Below, in pieces: positions 44,813 to 56,900 of a DNA stretch of 64,000 nt. Every line of letters begins with the position of its first letter. The first letter of the stretch is position 1. The DNA comes from Tubiluchus corallicola (taxonomy: Eukaryota; Animalia; Priapulida), in NCBI GenBank assembly GCA_030141605.1, contig JAQGDQ010000081.1, positions 558,001-622,000 of the forward strand. Direction: 5' to 3'. The translations under genes and the position numbers were made by a program. The notes beneath the pieces were generated by a model, which saw nothing but the letters and a program-made list of their open reading frames with translations, ran no database searches and had not been told where the DNA came from.

Positions 44813-47800
44813 GTCACTGGTTGCTATAGTTACTGTTACAGCATCATTGCTCCATGCCAGTCAGCTCAGCCAGTAAAATATTAGTCACAAAAGTCTAGAA
44901 AAAAAGTTTTTATAATAACTGCAACACATGATGGAGGAAATGTCATCCACCATTAAAAGAAAACCTTATACAATCTTAAATTATGCCTCAAAACAATCAA
45001 TCCTGCAAAATATTGAGGGGAAATATACTATTTTTCAAGAATGATTTACGTGAAAGAATTATTACAATAGAACGGTAACTTTAGGTCTGCACGGCTACTT
45101 CATCGCTGTTACATGCATTTCGCCATTTGCTAGTTAGATAGGCACTAGTGCCTGCACCTAGCAAACAATGCATAAAAACTGTACCTCTGTACCTCTTAGT
45201 TCAGAGAGGTGTTTGGTTGTGACGTAGCATACACGTTTAAGAGCTCATGCGCACAGCAGCAAATTTCAAATTTGAATGTTAAACTTCAAATTTGGCGAGT
45301 TTTTGTATATCACCCTGAATGTTGTACAGTAACACTGCTTCAATTTTCGCTTCAAACTTCAATCAGGAGCAACATGCTCATAGAATGTTTGTGTCATTGA
45401 AAATTACGTTCAGTTGTGATGTCATCATTAATTGAGCTCGCCAGCCATTAATTAAGTTTTTAGCCTAATACTTAATTATTAGAAACACTTTGGCATTAAT
45501 TTATTAAAATGTATGTGCGCCTAGGCTACTCCACTTGAAATCAGTTTGTTGCGAAAGTCATGAAGTGCTAAAAATGTCTGAAAGTTCATAACACTATAAT
45601 TAACAGCGCTTTTTTGTTACTTTTACCTTTTTCTCAGCTTGAATCGAAATATTGCATTACTTATTTTCGCATGTGTTACTAAGAAAAACTGTTCATTGTC
45701 TACCTACAGCGGTGTAATAATTGTAAAAGTACGATATATATTATGTTATTTGGTACACTTTGCATATTTTGATAAACTTACATGCGTTTTGTACTTATGA
45801 AATTTCTCTTACAAAATGGGGCTTCACATGGACTGTATTATTTATATATACACACACACACACACGCATGCACGCACACAAACACACACACACACATCCA
45901 CACACGCACGCATGCACACACACACACACATATATAATGATGATGTGAATATAACATTTGTGGTCAAGGAGAATCTTTAAAAATTAGAATTACGTTCAGT
46001 TATTAATAAAGAGTTAGTAGGCAGGTACAGTATTACAGCAATGGAATTAAGTAAATGTGCAGCAATGTACTGACAGAAGTACCTGTACTGGGCGTCAGAG
46101 AACACAGTACTTAACTTAAATAGTACATGCTGAAAGAATTTCTTTACTTAGTAAACTTGTAAAGTAGAAGTAGTCTTTTAGCTCAAAAGTTACTTTATAA
46201 TTCAGCTCAGTCCACAAACAAGTGAACTTCAATGCTTTCAGCCTCTTCTGCTTATGGCTTGCTTTGATAGCTATGATTTTTAGTTTTCTTACCAGCTGAA
46301 ATAATTCTTGTCTTAACATCACTACAGCCAGGCATATTTAATTATTAGTTTTTACTCATAAAACGACATGCAAGTTAACACTGAAATAATCGCATTATAC
46401 TACATTGCTACATTCTTCTACAGTGATTAGATCATTTTGACAGTGACGCCGAAAACAAAGGTAAACGTCTGGGGAGGCAGACCCGGCCCCGCAGTGTTAA
46501 CATGTTATTAACAGAACAATAGGTTAACCCGGCAAATACTAAAAGAGCTAAAAAGCTGCACATAATAAAACACAAAGATTTGGAGTAATTGTTAACATAA
46601 AAGCGTATACTAAAAAAGTTAACACACCGAATATGTGTGTATAATATTTTTTAGTAAAAGGCACAATGATAACTCTCTGAAAAATCCACATAAGTGAACT
46701 GGCAATATGCAAACTTGAAAAAATCTTTTACGTAGTTCATTTCAGGCAACATTTCTTTTCTGATACAGCAGAGTTTGCCTATGAGTTTATAAATCTCAAA
46801 GTGGATACGGAAGTCGATTGATATAAATAAAATCACATGTATTATAATATTCAAGTTAGTTACTAATTATTCTGTGTTTTGTGCAGCATTTGTTCAATTC
46901 AGTTCATGCGTTAGCAAAATGAGCTTTGACTTAACTACAACTATTAGTCTATTAAAAAGCATTTCAATAAAATAATACACAAATACATGCAAAAGAGAAA
47001 AACAATTAATAACTAATCTTAGTAAGATAAAAATATATCACATACGATGTGTGCATTTTTTTGTAAAAGCCAGAGTGGGCAGCAAAAGACCATGAAGAAC
47101 CATGAGACTTCAGAAGTGCTTCTTCCAAAAACAATTTTTATAGGCACTTATAAAATATGTTTATTAAAAAATGCAATTTAGTACCCTTTCTTGTCAGACT
47201 CTAGGACAAATAAACTAAACTTGTTTATAATAATTAAAGTAATTGGAACAGAATGAAATACATTTTCACTATTAAATTAACTTAAAAACAGCACTTACCA
47301 TAACCAAAGAGGTGAAAATGCACGTTTCTAAAAACTAGCTGATAGAAATCATCACATTAATGCAAATAGCCATGATTCACCAGGTTTCAGGGCTACCGTC
47401 ACCAAATTAAGTCTAGTGTGATTGCTGCAATATTACCATTAAAATCACACTTCTATGATACTGAATGAAAAAAAGTGCATCACTGACTGGCATGTTCCCA
47501 AGGCTAGACCTGATAGTCAAATATACAACGTATGGTTCACTCTCGTGTAAATTTTTGTTTTTTTGTACCGTGTAATGATATGCTATAATTTATAATATGC
47601 TATTTATTTTTGTCAAAATTTTTATAAACAAAGAAAAACAAAATAACTCTTTAATATTTACTGTTAAACAAGACTGGTTAGATCTTGTTTATAATGATTT
47701 AAAGAACACAACTATAATGAACTCATTAAGTTCAGATACGAGAAAATTAATACAATTTCAAAACACAATTAAATAAATAATTAACAATAATAACAACATT

Positions 47801-48653
47801 ATAAACGATAGAAGCTGGAAGAAACTAGTTGCTATAATTCACCTTATTAGCAGTCAACCAAGTTAAATCATCTGTGAACTTGTGAGAGCCTAATTATGAG
47901 TAACATGATCAGATGTCAGTTTTACAGAACATAAAGTGTGTTTTGCGATAATGTAAATAATTGTGCCAGAAGGAGAAAAAAGCAACACACATCACAATTA
48001 TGATAACAATTAGCAAGAACAAGAAACTAAAATCATTTGCTGATACTATTAATCTTTATATCAACTCATCAAGATTTCTATAAAAATACTTAGCATACTT
48101 AGAACATTGTCCAAATGTAAAAATCTCGATATCTTAGAAAAACAGAAAACAAACTTAATTGTGACAAATTAAGGATAGATATTGTTTTAATTCAGGAAAC
48201 AATATTGAAATACATGATATTTAAATAAACTTATTAACTACTAATGATAATCATAACTGATAACTTTGTTAAAAACTCAAAACTGCATTAATGACTATAA
48301 TTATGTAGATAACATAATTAGTTGCCAAACTCGAGAAGTCATAAGTTGAGAAAAACTAGAAAAATGAAACAATCACTATATGAAACTGTTCAAAGTAACA
48401 GTACATAACAGTACTGGTACATGACTGTGCATGCACTGGAACATGCACAAACATTTTCAAGTAATTTTCTTGTAATGAACTGCAGGGTCAGAAAGTTTCA
48501 ATTTTCTAACAAAATTGTAATACCTCATGATCACAACTCTCCAAATAATATGCACTTTGCTAAATATCACTATGGAGAAAAACCACAAGTATGATAAGAA
48601 AAAGTTAAAACGACACCCATATTAACTAACATACTAACACACTCAACTCAATA

Positions 48654-49118
48654 TTATAAATCCTCACTCTCTGCATCACTGCTACTGTCCATATGTTCTC
48701 CTTCATAATTACTACTATCGTCAACTAGTTCAGTTTGAGCATTGCCGCTACTGTTACTTGTTGAAGGACTATTGTTACTTTCATCACTTTGATTATCACC
48801 TGCAGCCAAGTCTGCATCATTATCCATATCCATATCATTTTCCATATCTGTCACAAAGTAACTTCTCAGCGACCGACGAATCCTATTAATTTCTTCTGCT
48901 TGAGTGCCTGCATAATGATGGTACATCATCTTCACTCCCGTAATGACCGACAACTTCAGACGAAGGTTGTAGCGGAACGCATTCTTCTTCGATTTGACCG
49001 AGCGTTTGTAAAGTGTCTCAAGGTCATTGATTTGGTGATCAAGGATGATTATTTGCTGGCACGCCTTGTCAAACTTTCTCTCGGCTTCCTGCAGCAATTC
49101 TAGTTGTTGCAAATCCAT
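48654..49118 (-). CDS. Uncharacterised 154-aa protein (N-terminal helical/coiled-coil region, acidic Ser/Asp-rich tail), single coding exon
   Basis: ATG-initiated ORF with protein-like composition (EAERKFDKACQQIIILDHQINDLETLYKRS..FRYNLRLKLSVITGVKMMYHHYA); strong acceptor TTTCTAAATTTTGCAG 11 nt upstream of the ATG; long AT-rich UTR-like sequence downstream. Confidence 0.75.
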   Translation of the reverse strand: MDLQQLELLQEAERKFDKACQQIIILDHQINDLETLYKRSVKSKKNAFRYNLRLKLSVITGVKMMYHHYAGTQAEEINRIRRSLRSYFVTDMENDMDMDNDADLAAGDNQSDESNNSPSTSNSSGNAQTELVDDSSNYEGEHMDSSSDAESEDL

Positions 49119-51580
49119 AGCACAATTCTCTGCAAAATTTAGAAAAACTTTAATTACAGTACTTGAGAATGCTGAACATTAAAGGAAAGGAACCAACTCT
49201 TCCGGGAAATTAAACTCATTTCAACACTTGAGAAAAATGTTAAAAAAATTCAATAATAAAAGTGTGACAAGTGCTTCTTCATAATTAGTAAAATCACTTT
49301 AAAGTCCTGGTCATTTCATGTTCGGGAATTCCCTTTTTGAACACCGATTCTCAAACCAATGACAATGTTTCATCAACTGAAAAAACAGGGCACTGCCAAT
49401 TTCCATCAAGTTTTTACAAAAAGTTTGAGTTAATTTTGCGATATTTTTGCATGAACATTAAGTAAGCTGCAGAAGTTTGAATTAGTTTAAGCAGGACAAG
49501 CTTATGGAAAGCCACAGTGCAAACGCTTGGGAAAAGTTAGAAGTACACCAGCTACATCATATTTTCAAGTGATTGGGGCTACCACCACGCCTGAAAAAGT
49601 CTAGATAGCGGTAGTATAAATTAACTTTACGCAAAAAAGGCAGTTTTTTGCAAATTTCTTTGTTTCATTGTTCTAAGTTTAAATCATAACAGTAAAGTAA
49701 GTCCAACAAGTTAAGTGACTTGTCCATTCCTTTAACTTGGAAGAAATCGCAAGGTTGTTACCTAACTAGAATGTACCCTAAGTAACAATATTATAACAAC
49801 AACAGATCTATCACTTTGAAATCTCAACTTTAGAATAAATAAAATAGCACATGTACAATAAATGCTATAACATATATAGATTCAGACTCTACATTCAGAA
49901 ACATTTCATATGCAGTACTGCACCAGAAAAACGCTTTTCCATGCATTGGCCTAAGAAAGTTGATTATAACACAGTCGTTAAACATTCAACTCCATCATTA
50001 AAACATGGAAAGAAGATTATAAAAGACACAGAACACTACAGGTTTTCACAATAATATAATCGGCATTTAGGAAATAAAGCCACTGTTTCTCCAAAAATTG
50101 TCAATCTGCTAAGTCGTACGCCATCGTTGCTAACGTTGGATTAGTAATTAGGAGTTAATGGTCATTAAACTCTAGAATTTTGCGCCCTCTCATGAATGCA
50201 TCCGGTGATTGCTCTCCGTCGTCCCCTTGGTCTCAAGTAGTTAGTAACGATAGAATGATCCCAGGTAAATTTGATAATGGTGATGCTGTAAGTTGTAATA
50301 GCAAAACCAATTAGCAGGAACCAATACATTGAATATAGGACAAAAAGTATTACGCAGCACCAGAAAGAAAACAGATTAAAGCCATCGAATTGCAATTTCT
50401 CTGCTGCAGATTAAATGACAATTACTGTTTCATTATAACTAAACGTCACTATACTGGAAATAAACCTTAGATCATCGATTTTCAAATGACAAGATAGCCA
50501 GACCAAGTCATCTAATGATCTAATATTACGATTCAGTTTTAAAAACTAGTGTTTCCATCGGGTACATAGGTACTTATCTGCATTCTTTATTACCCCAGCC
50601 TGATATCTTCTGCACAGTTCCGACAATCAAAAATGCTGATAATATTATTAATAGGATATCATTGTTTAAGAATTCATTTAAAATTTAAATGATGCTTTCT
50701 GCGGCGCACTTGTACTGTACTGTACAATAGATATCTACAAGCACACTGTTAACAGCTGAGCTGGTACATGGCCAGGGCCAGCCTGCACTCAAGCACATTA
50801 AACTTGGTCTAAAGTTAGCAAATTATCAGTCATTATTATTTTGAGCAACAATATTGTATTTTGGCAGTAGCAAGCCAGCAACGATTACTTGCAAGTGCAT
50901 AGCAGATCGAACCATTTTTGCTAAAGGGTTAGCTTACGAAATTTTAGTGAAAACGAACTGTAATTTCTTTACAAAAAGATTAATTGAATAAACGAAATGG
51001 TTTACTAACATTTAAAAAGCCTTCAGGCCACTAGCAATGATACCAATAAACGTTTAATGCACAAAAAACACACTAGATTATTGTAATTCCTATGCTGTAG
51101 CTGATTCATTGATAAAGCGCGCAATGCAAGTAATTAACAAGTCTGGTGATAAGGCGGTCTGGTGGCAAAACATAAACGTTTGTGACTCACAGCTCGTGTT
51201 CAGCACCTAAACACATAATAACTGAATGTTTATTACTAAGATAACTGTTAGTCGAAATTCACCAATGGTTGTTTTTTGTTTGCGAATATAAATGTTTACA
51301 ATTTATTCACTGCCAATTCATTCAATTTATTCAATCGGGCACCCGAGTCTAGTACGCAATGCCTTGATTTATTTAAAGAAATTATTTTAGCAAATTTAAA
51401 ATGATTTTACTTTTTACAAAGAAACAACAGACAGGAGCAAAGCGAAGATTAGTAAGGAAAAAGAATCAGCTGACTTTGCTGTCGCAACACCTTGAATGTT
51501 AAATTAGGAATGATGGAATTACGATTTCCTCTGCGACCACACTGCCAAAGCATGAGAAGGTGGCAGTACGTAATAAATAC

Positions 51581-52018
51581 TAGGGGTGAGCATTCTCTAC
51601 CAGAAAGCGAATTCGAATCGAACCGAATTTGTGACTTTCGATTCGAATCGAACCGAACTTCAGTGTTTCGAATTCGAACCGAATTCGAATTGAGATTGAA
51701 CGATTTTCGAACAAGTTTTCGAACCACCAGTAAAAATTAGTCTTACAAAGATCATGTGTATCACTAGATTTTGTTCTGCAATAAAACGACTAGTAATTTG
51801 TTTAAAATTGTGCACAGAAATCACAGCTAAATTACGCTAATTGCATGTTTTTTTAATCGTTTTAGTGGTCAGGAACATATGTGATTGAAGTGCTGAACTA
51901 TTCGAATCTATAGTTTTGGATTCGAATCGAGTTCGAACTAAAAAACTCGTTCGAATCGAATTCGGGCGTTCGAATTCGATTTGAACGTTCGAACTCGAAC
52001 GTTCGATGCTCACCCCTA
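51581..52018 (-). mobile_element. hAT-type MITE, intact young copy
   Basis: Perfect TIR TAGGGGTGAGCAT...ATGCTCACCCCTA and perfect 8-bp TSD ATAAATAC (51573-51580 and 52019-52026). Confidence 0.92.
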
Positions 52019-52253
52019 ATAAATACTAATAAATATTCATCATAATCATCATCATTTAATGAATCATATAGTTTTGCTCAGGGACATGATTCTGCTCACC
52101 TCTTTGTGTCAATTATGGCTCCCTATTTTCTGTAATGTCCCAAGTTATTTATCACCAAGGATACATGCTGATTGAAGTGTTTAAAATTTTCTGAGCAAAA
52201 TCTAAAATTAATAATTGTGTTCACATTTGCCTTCTTGCTTGTTTCCTGATTGG

Positions 52254-52594
52254 CAGGGGTGAGCATTGATTGTTCAAATTCGATTCGGACCTAGAATTAT
52301 AAATTCGAATAATTCAGCACTTCAACCACATTTGAAACATAATGAATTAGCGCAATTTAGCTGTGACTTCTGTGCAGTTTTAATTGAATTTTTAAACACA
52401 TTATTAGACGTTTTACTGCAGAACAAAGTCGTTTTATATGCATGATCTTTGTAAGACAAATTTTTGTTGGTAGTTCAAAAACTTGTTCAAAAATCTTTCA
52501 AACCCAGTTCGAATTTTGAAATACCAATGTAATTTGAAAATTACAGATTCGATTCAATTCGAATTCACTTTCTGGATGAGAATGCTCACTCCTA
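52254..52594 (+). mobile_element. hAT-type MITE copy, inverted relative to 51581-52018
   Basis: CAGGGGTGAGCAT...ATGCTCACTCCTA; TSD CTGATTGG / CTGGTTGG (7/8). Confidence 0.82.
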
Positions 52595-52899
52595 CTGGTT
52601 GGTTCTACTGCTTGTTGAAGAGCTATCTTCACTGGACTATCTTCCAATAGACAAAGCACATGTCCAAACCATTATAACTTGCACCTCTGAATTTTCTTAT
52701 CCAAAAATCTTTTATTTTTTCATACAGATCCTTATTTGAAATTTTCTATGGCTATCTGATACCCAAAATGTTTCTTTAGTTTCAACTTTGAAATGCATCA
52801 ATTTCAGGCTTATGATTTGCTTTTAATGTCCAGAGTCAGAGTTGCACAGAAATACAACTTCAACTATAATTTAAATAAGTAGCAAACTGATTAATGATT

Positions 52900-53560
52900 T
52901 GAACTGCTAAATGTTTTACTGGCAGGGGTAATCAGTTTGTGTAGAGGAGTAATGAGTTCCACAGTTTAGGTCTGCTACAGCTAATCACATGTTTTGCAAT
53001 ATTGATTCTACCATAGCAGAGTTGGTAGGAATTATAAGTATGACTTAACATTCTTAATTACAGGATTCTTGAAGTTTGCAGGGAAATTATGGGAATGGGT
53101 CAAAAATCATTAGTTTTCTGCACAAAAATAGATTTATGTTAAAGGGGTTAAGGAAAGAAAACATTTTGATTGAAAATTTCTTAAAACAATAATTAGTTTG
53201 ATCAGACTTCATCTAGAATACTGCATGTGTAGAACTTTGGAATCCCCATTATCAGAAAGACATATTGCTTATCAAAGGAGTGCTAAGGCGTGTTGTTACA
53301 AGAATAATATTTGGTTTAAAGATCTCATATTATTTAGAATGAAGTAGTGCAATTTTACCACACTTGAATTAAGAAGACACTGTGGAGATTTTATTGAGGT
53401 TTATAAAATACTGACTAGGAAAGAAAACATTTTGCCTGAACTTTTTTTAAATTTAGTTGTTGATTCATAAACTAGAGGACAAAACTTTTTAAAGAGCTGT
53501 CTGATCACGACGAATGAATGAAATAATTTGTTTGCCATTGTTATTACTGCACCAGCCCTA
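52900..53560 (+). mobile_element. Decayed CR1-type LINE ORF2 C-terminal fragment
   Basis: Frameshifted peptides IRLHLEYC, WNPHYQKDILLIKGV, TTLELRRHCGDFIEVYKIL, TRG match CR1 RPHLEY..WNP...RR.RGD.IE.YKI...TRGH. Confidence 0.7.
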
Positions 53561-53962
53561 GTAAAGTTTAAATTTTAACTGACAATTGCTTTGTGAAAAA
53601 TATGAGGCACCTAACCCGTAATTATGATTTATGGCAGTATAATAGTACGTATAACATTTTTACCTTGCATTGAACGAACAAGTCGTGAGGAAAAATGTCA
53701 ACATAGAGCATTCGCGGTAATAAAACATTCGCAATTTTGTGCACAAGGCTTGTGCATAGTTGTGCTGTATGAATTGATGATTCAGATTTCTAGTGATTAC
53801 TCATCAGTAAATTGTTGTGATTTCGGAGGGTTTTTCCCATTTTGTTTGTGTATCAAAACTCTGCTGTTTGTACGCTGCATTAAGGTAGAAAGCAGCGAAC
53901 AACACTGTTAGCAAGAGGCTGAAAGAAGTATCGTTTATTAGTGTAAAACTTCGACATTTGAC

Positions 53963-56900
53963 ATGTCCGGTTCAGGTTAGTTGAATCTTAATTTTGAGAT
54001 TTAATTTTCTGGTTTGTAATTTTTTTAATAGCGGTAAAGTGGATAGCACCTTTTCATTATACATTATTGTTTGCAGTGACGTCACGTGTCAGTGTTAAGT
54101 GGTCATTAACGGATTCCTTTCATTAAAGCAATTACAAAAATTCGCATAAACATAATTTGAAAGAATGTGTAAGTTCAAACCAGATGTGAATACTGGCTGA
54201 ACTCAAATTCAGAAAAGAACACTTGTTTGTACGTGTGTTGTTAAAGTGTCAATAACTGTCTGGGGCACTACATGTCTTTGTGTGCTTGGTATTATTGCAC
54301 AGAGGATTGCTACTGAACCACTTTTCCACGATCAAATTGTGATGTTCAGTTAATACTTTTTTGCTATATACAAATATGTAAGCTAACGATACGATGAAAA
54401 ATCAAGGTCGTTTACAACAAATGTGTTCTTAACGACAATAATTTTGACAGTGAACTTAAAAATTGTTTAATTAAAGAACAAGAAAAAAGCAGAAAAGAAA
54501 GATATGACGTTTCAAATGTCGTGTCTTTTCTTTTTCTTTTTTTTTTGCTTTTTCTAATTGCGGGATTTGTTTAATTCATTGCCGTTTCAAGGTCGTTTAC
54601 CATTTTTGTGCTTTCATGAAAAACGACAAGCTGACACACCAGTAATTATAATTACCGGATGCACTTTTTGGTTCAGTTAGTTCTATAAAATTTGTCAAAG
54701 AAAGAAGACGTTTGTGTTGCCCAGAAGGTGTTTTGTTTGTTTTAATTGTTTCAAGATTCAGCATTTTTAAAACTGTGTTAATTCAACTTAATTGTTAGTC
54801 TTGGTGATGGTATGTATGTTGCCATAACTAACAATATAAACAAATTGAAAAACCATATTGTAAATTTGTAGTAAGTGCGAAAGTTTTTGCATTGATTCAT
54901 ATGCCAACGTACATTAAACTGATGAATCTTCATGTGTCAATAATTGCATTGTTTTTTGCAGGAAAAAAAAGGGGACCTCGTCTGGGTAAGATAACCATCG
55001 AGCCAGATGCAAATCCTTCTAAGTCAATGTATGTTTACAACTTTGCATAAATAAACTTGTTTGTGCTTTTGCACATTCGTAGCTGCTATGATATTTACAT
55101 ATACTCATTTTTGATTCGATCAGTTCTAATGGCGGCTATCTACTTAATATTAAAAATGGGTTCTGCCAGTCTAGAAAAAACCATAGTCTTTGGTGTTCAC
55201 TGCTTTGATTGGCTGTTTGGCATTAACAGCATAAGTATAATAATTCTCATAAACTACCTCTTAATCACTGTAAGCCTAGTAAAGAACATTTTGTGCAGAA
55301 TTTGATAGTCTAAGTTTTTGAAGATAAAACAATAACTAAACTTTTTATGCCTTAAACCTTAAAGGGAAAATTGGCAAATTTTGAATAGCATATATTTAAA
55401 AATGTTGGCAAAGTTTGCCTCATAGAGCAGGGGTGAATACATTGCCATTCCGGTTCATAGCTTTGATAATGAGTCAAATTCAGGTTTTGCTATGAACTTT
55501 GACGAGGCCTTGCCCAAGAATACTAGATCCGGCTTGAAGGTGTGCCAGTTTCTATCAAAAAAAAGTTTTGACTCCCTTGAAATATTTGGCTAATGATACA
55601 AAATGCCGTTTAAATCTTGTGGCTAGGGGTGACTTAAGTCATTACTTTCTCACACGTTTTGCTCAGCTTTGTGACTGTTTGAAATGCAATATTTGTTTGT
55701 GCAGGATACCACGTGACCTTGACTCTAAAACGTCAATCACTATCAATGGGAAGAATTTCACAGTGGAAGCGGATCACCTGGTGCCGATATGTGAACTTGG
55801 ACGTGGAGCTTATGGAATTGTTGAAAAAATGAGGCATACTCCCTCGGAAACCGTCATGGCGGTGAAGGTAATGAGTTTCATGCTAGAAGAATGGGATAAT
55901 GTATGCAATAAAATTATTGATATAAACCATTTTAACTAGTTCTTAGCTTGGTTTTAAAATGCCCTTTTCTTCCTGGAGGCAAAACATAGTAAGAAAACAG
56001 TGTTCAGATAGACTGGACATTGTTATTCAGTGTTCAGTATTTTGAAGTTACATAGCAACGCAGATAAGATTGACACTAAATTACACATAAATTTGGTGTA
56101 AGTGGAAACTATGCAGTTTATTTTCTGCAAAATTTTGGCAGAAAACTTTGCTTATATATGCATGTAGTATATGCACTATAATTGCAAACTCGCTGATGAT
56201 AGTACTCACTGCGAAAACTTGCAGAGCTCCATTGTTTGAATCATGTACTCACACTATGGATAAGTGAAAATATCTGCTTAGTTTGTTCTCATTGGCTAAC
56301 TGGTTGTAATTGGACACGTTTATCAAGGCGACTCAAAATCCTTGTCATTATTTTGTATTAATTTGAGAACTAAAGAAAGTGCTTCAATATGAACATGCAT
56401 ATGTGTTTATTGAATAACGACTATCTTGGAATAATGCACGATTATTAAATATTGAATCACTGTATCACTGTGCAAAAATAACTTTGATACTTTTATTCTT
56501 TAGTCATCTTCCACTCTGCCAAAAGGGTGGTGGTACTGGTAAACATTGGTCTGTTTGCTCAGATACATAGCCTTGTCTGGAAATTCCAAAATAGCCTTGC
56601 AATTTTTAGAACCACAATGGTCATTATTGACCTTTTTTGTGTGATTTCTCTTCGTGGAGCTTTTGAATGAGTTCATTTGGTGCTTCGGCACAGTAGAGCC
56701 AGCTCAGGGTAGTAGTTTGGGTCTACTATTCTAAAAAAGTGCCAAAATGAACATGCTTTTCGGTATTTGCTCTAGACAAAGACAATAGTAAGTTATGTCA
56801 ATGTCTTTCGAAGGTCACAACAATTGATAATTAAACTGGCAAGAGATTGCCAGAGTCTTCAAATTCAATAAAAAGGTCAATAATAACTATTTATCAGAGA

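Noticed and set aside
51449-51740. Overlapping ORFs with FESNR/RFDSN motifs
   Set aside because: Translations of TTCGAA repeats in the hAT MITE
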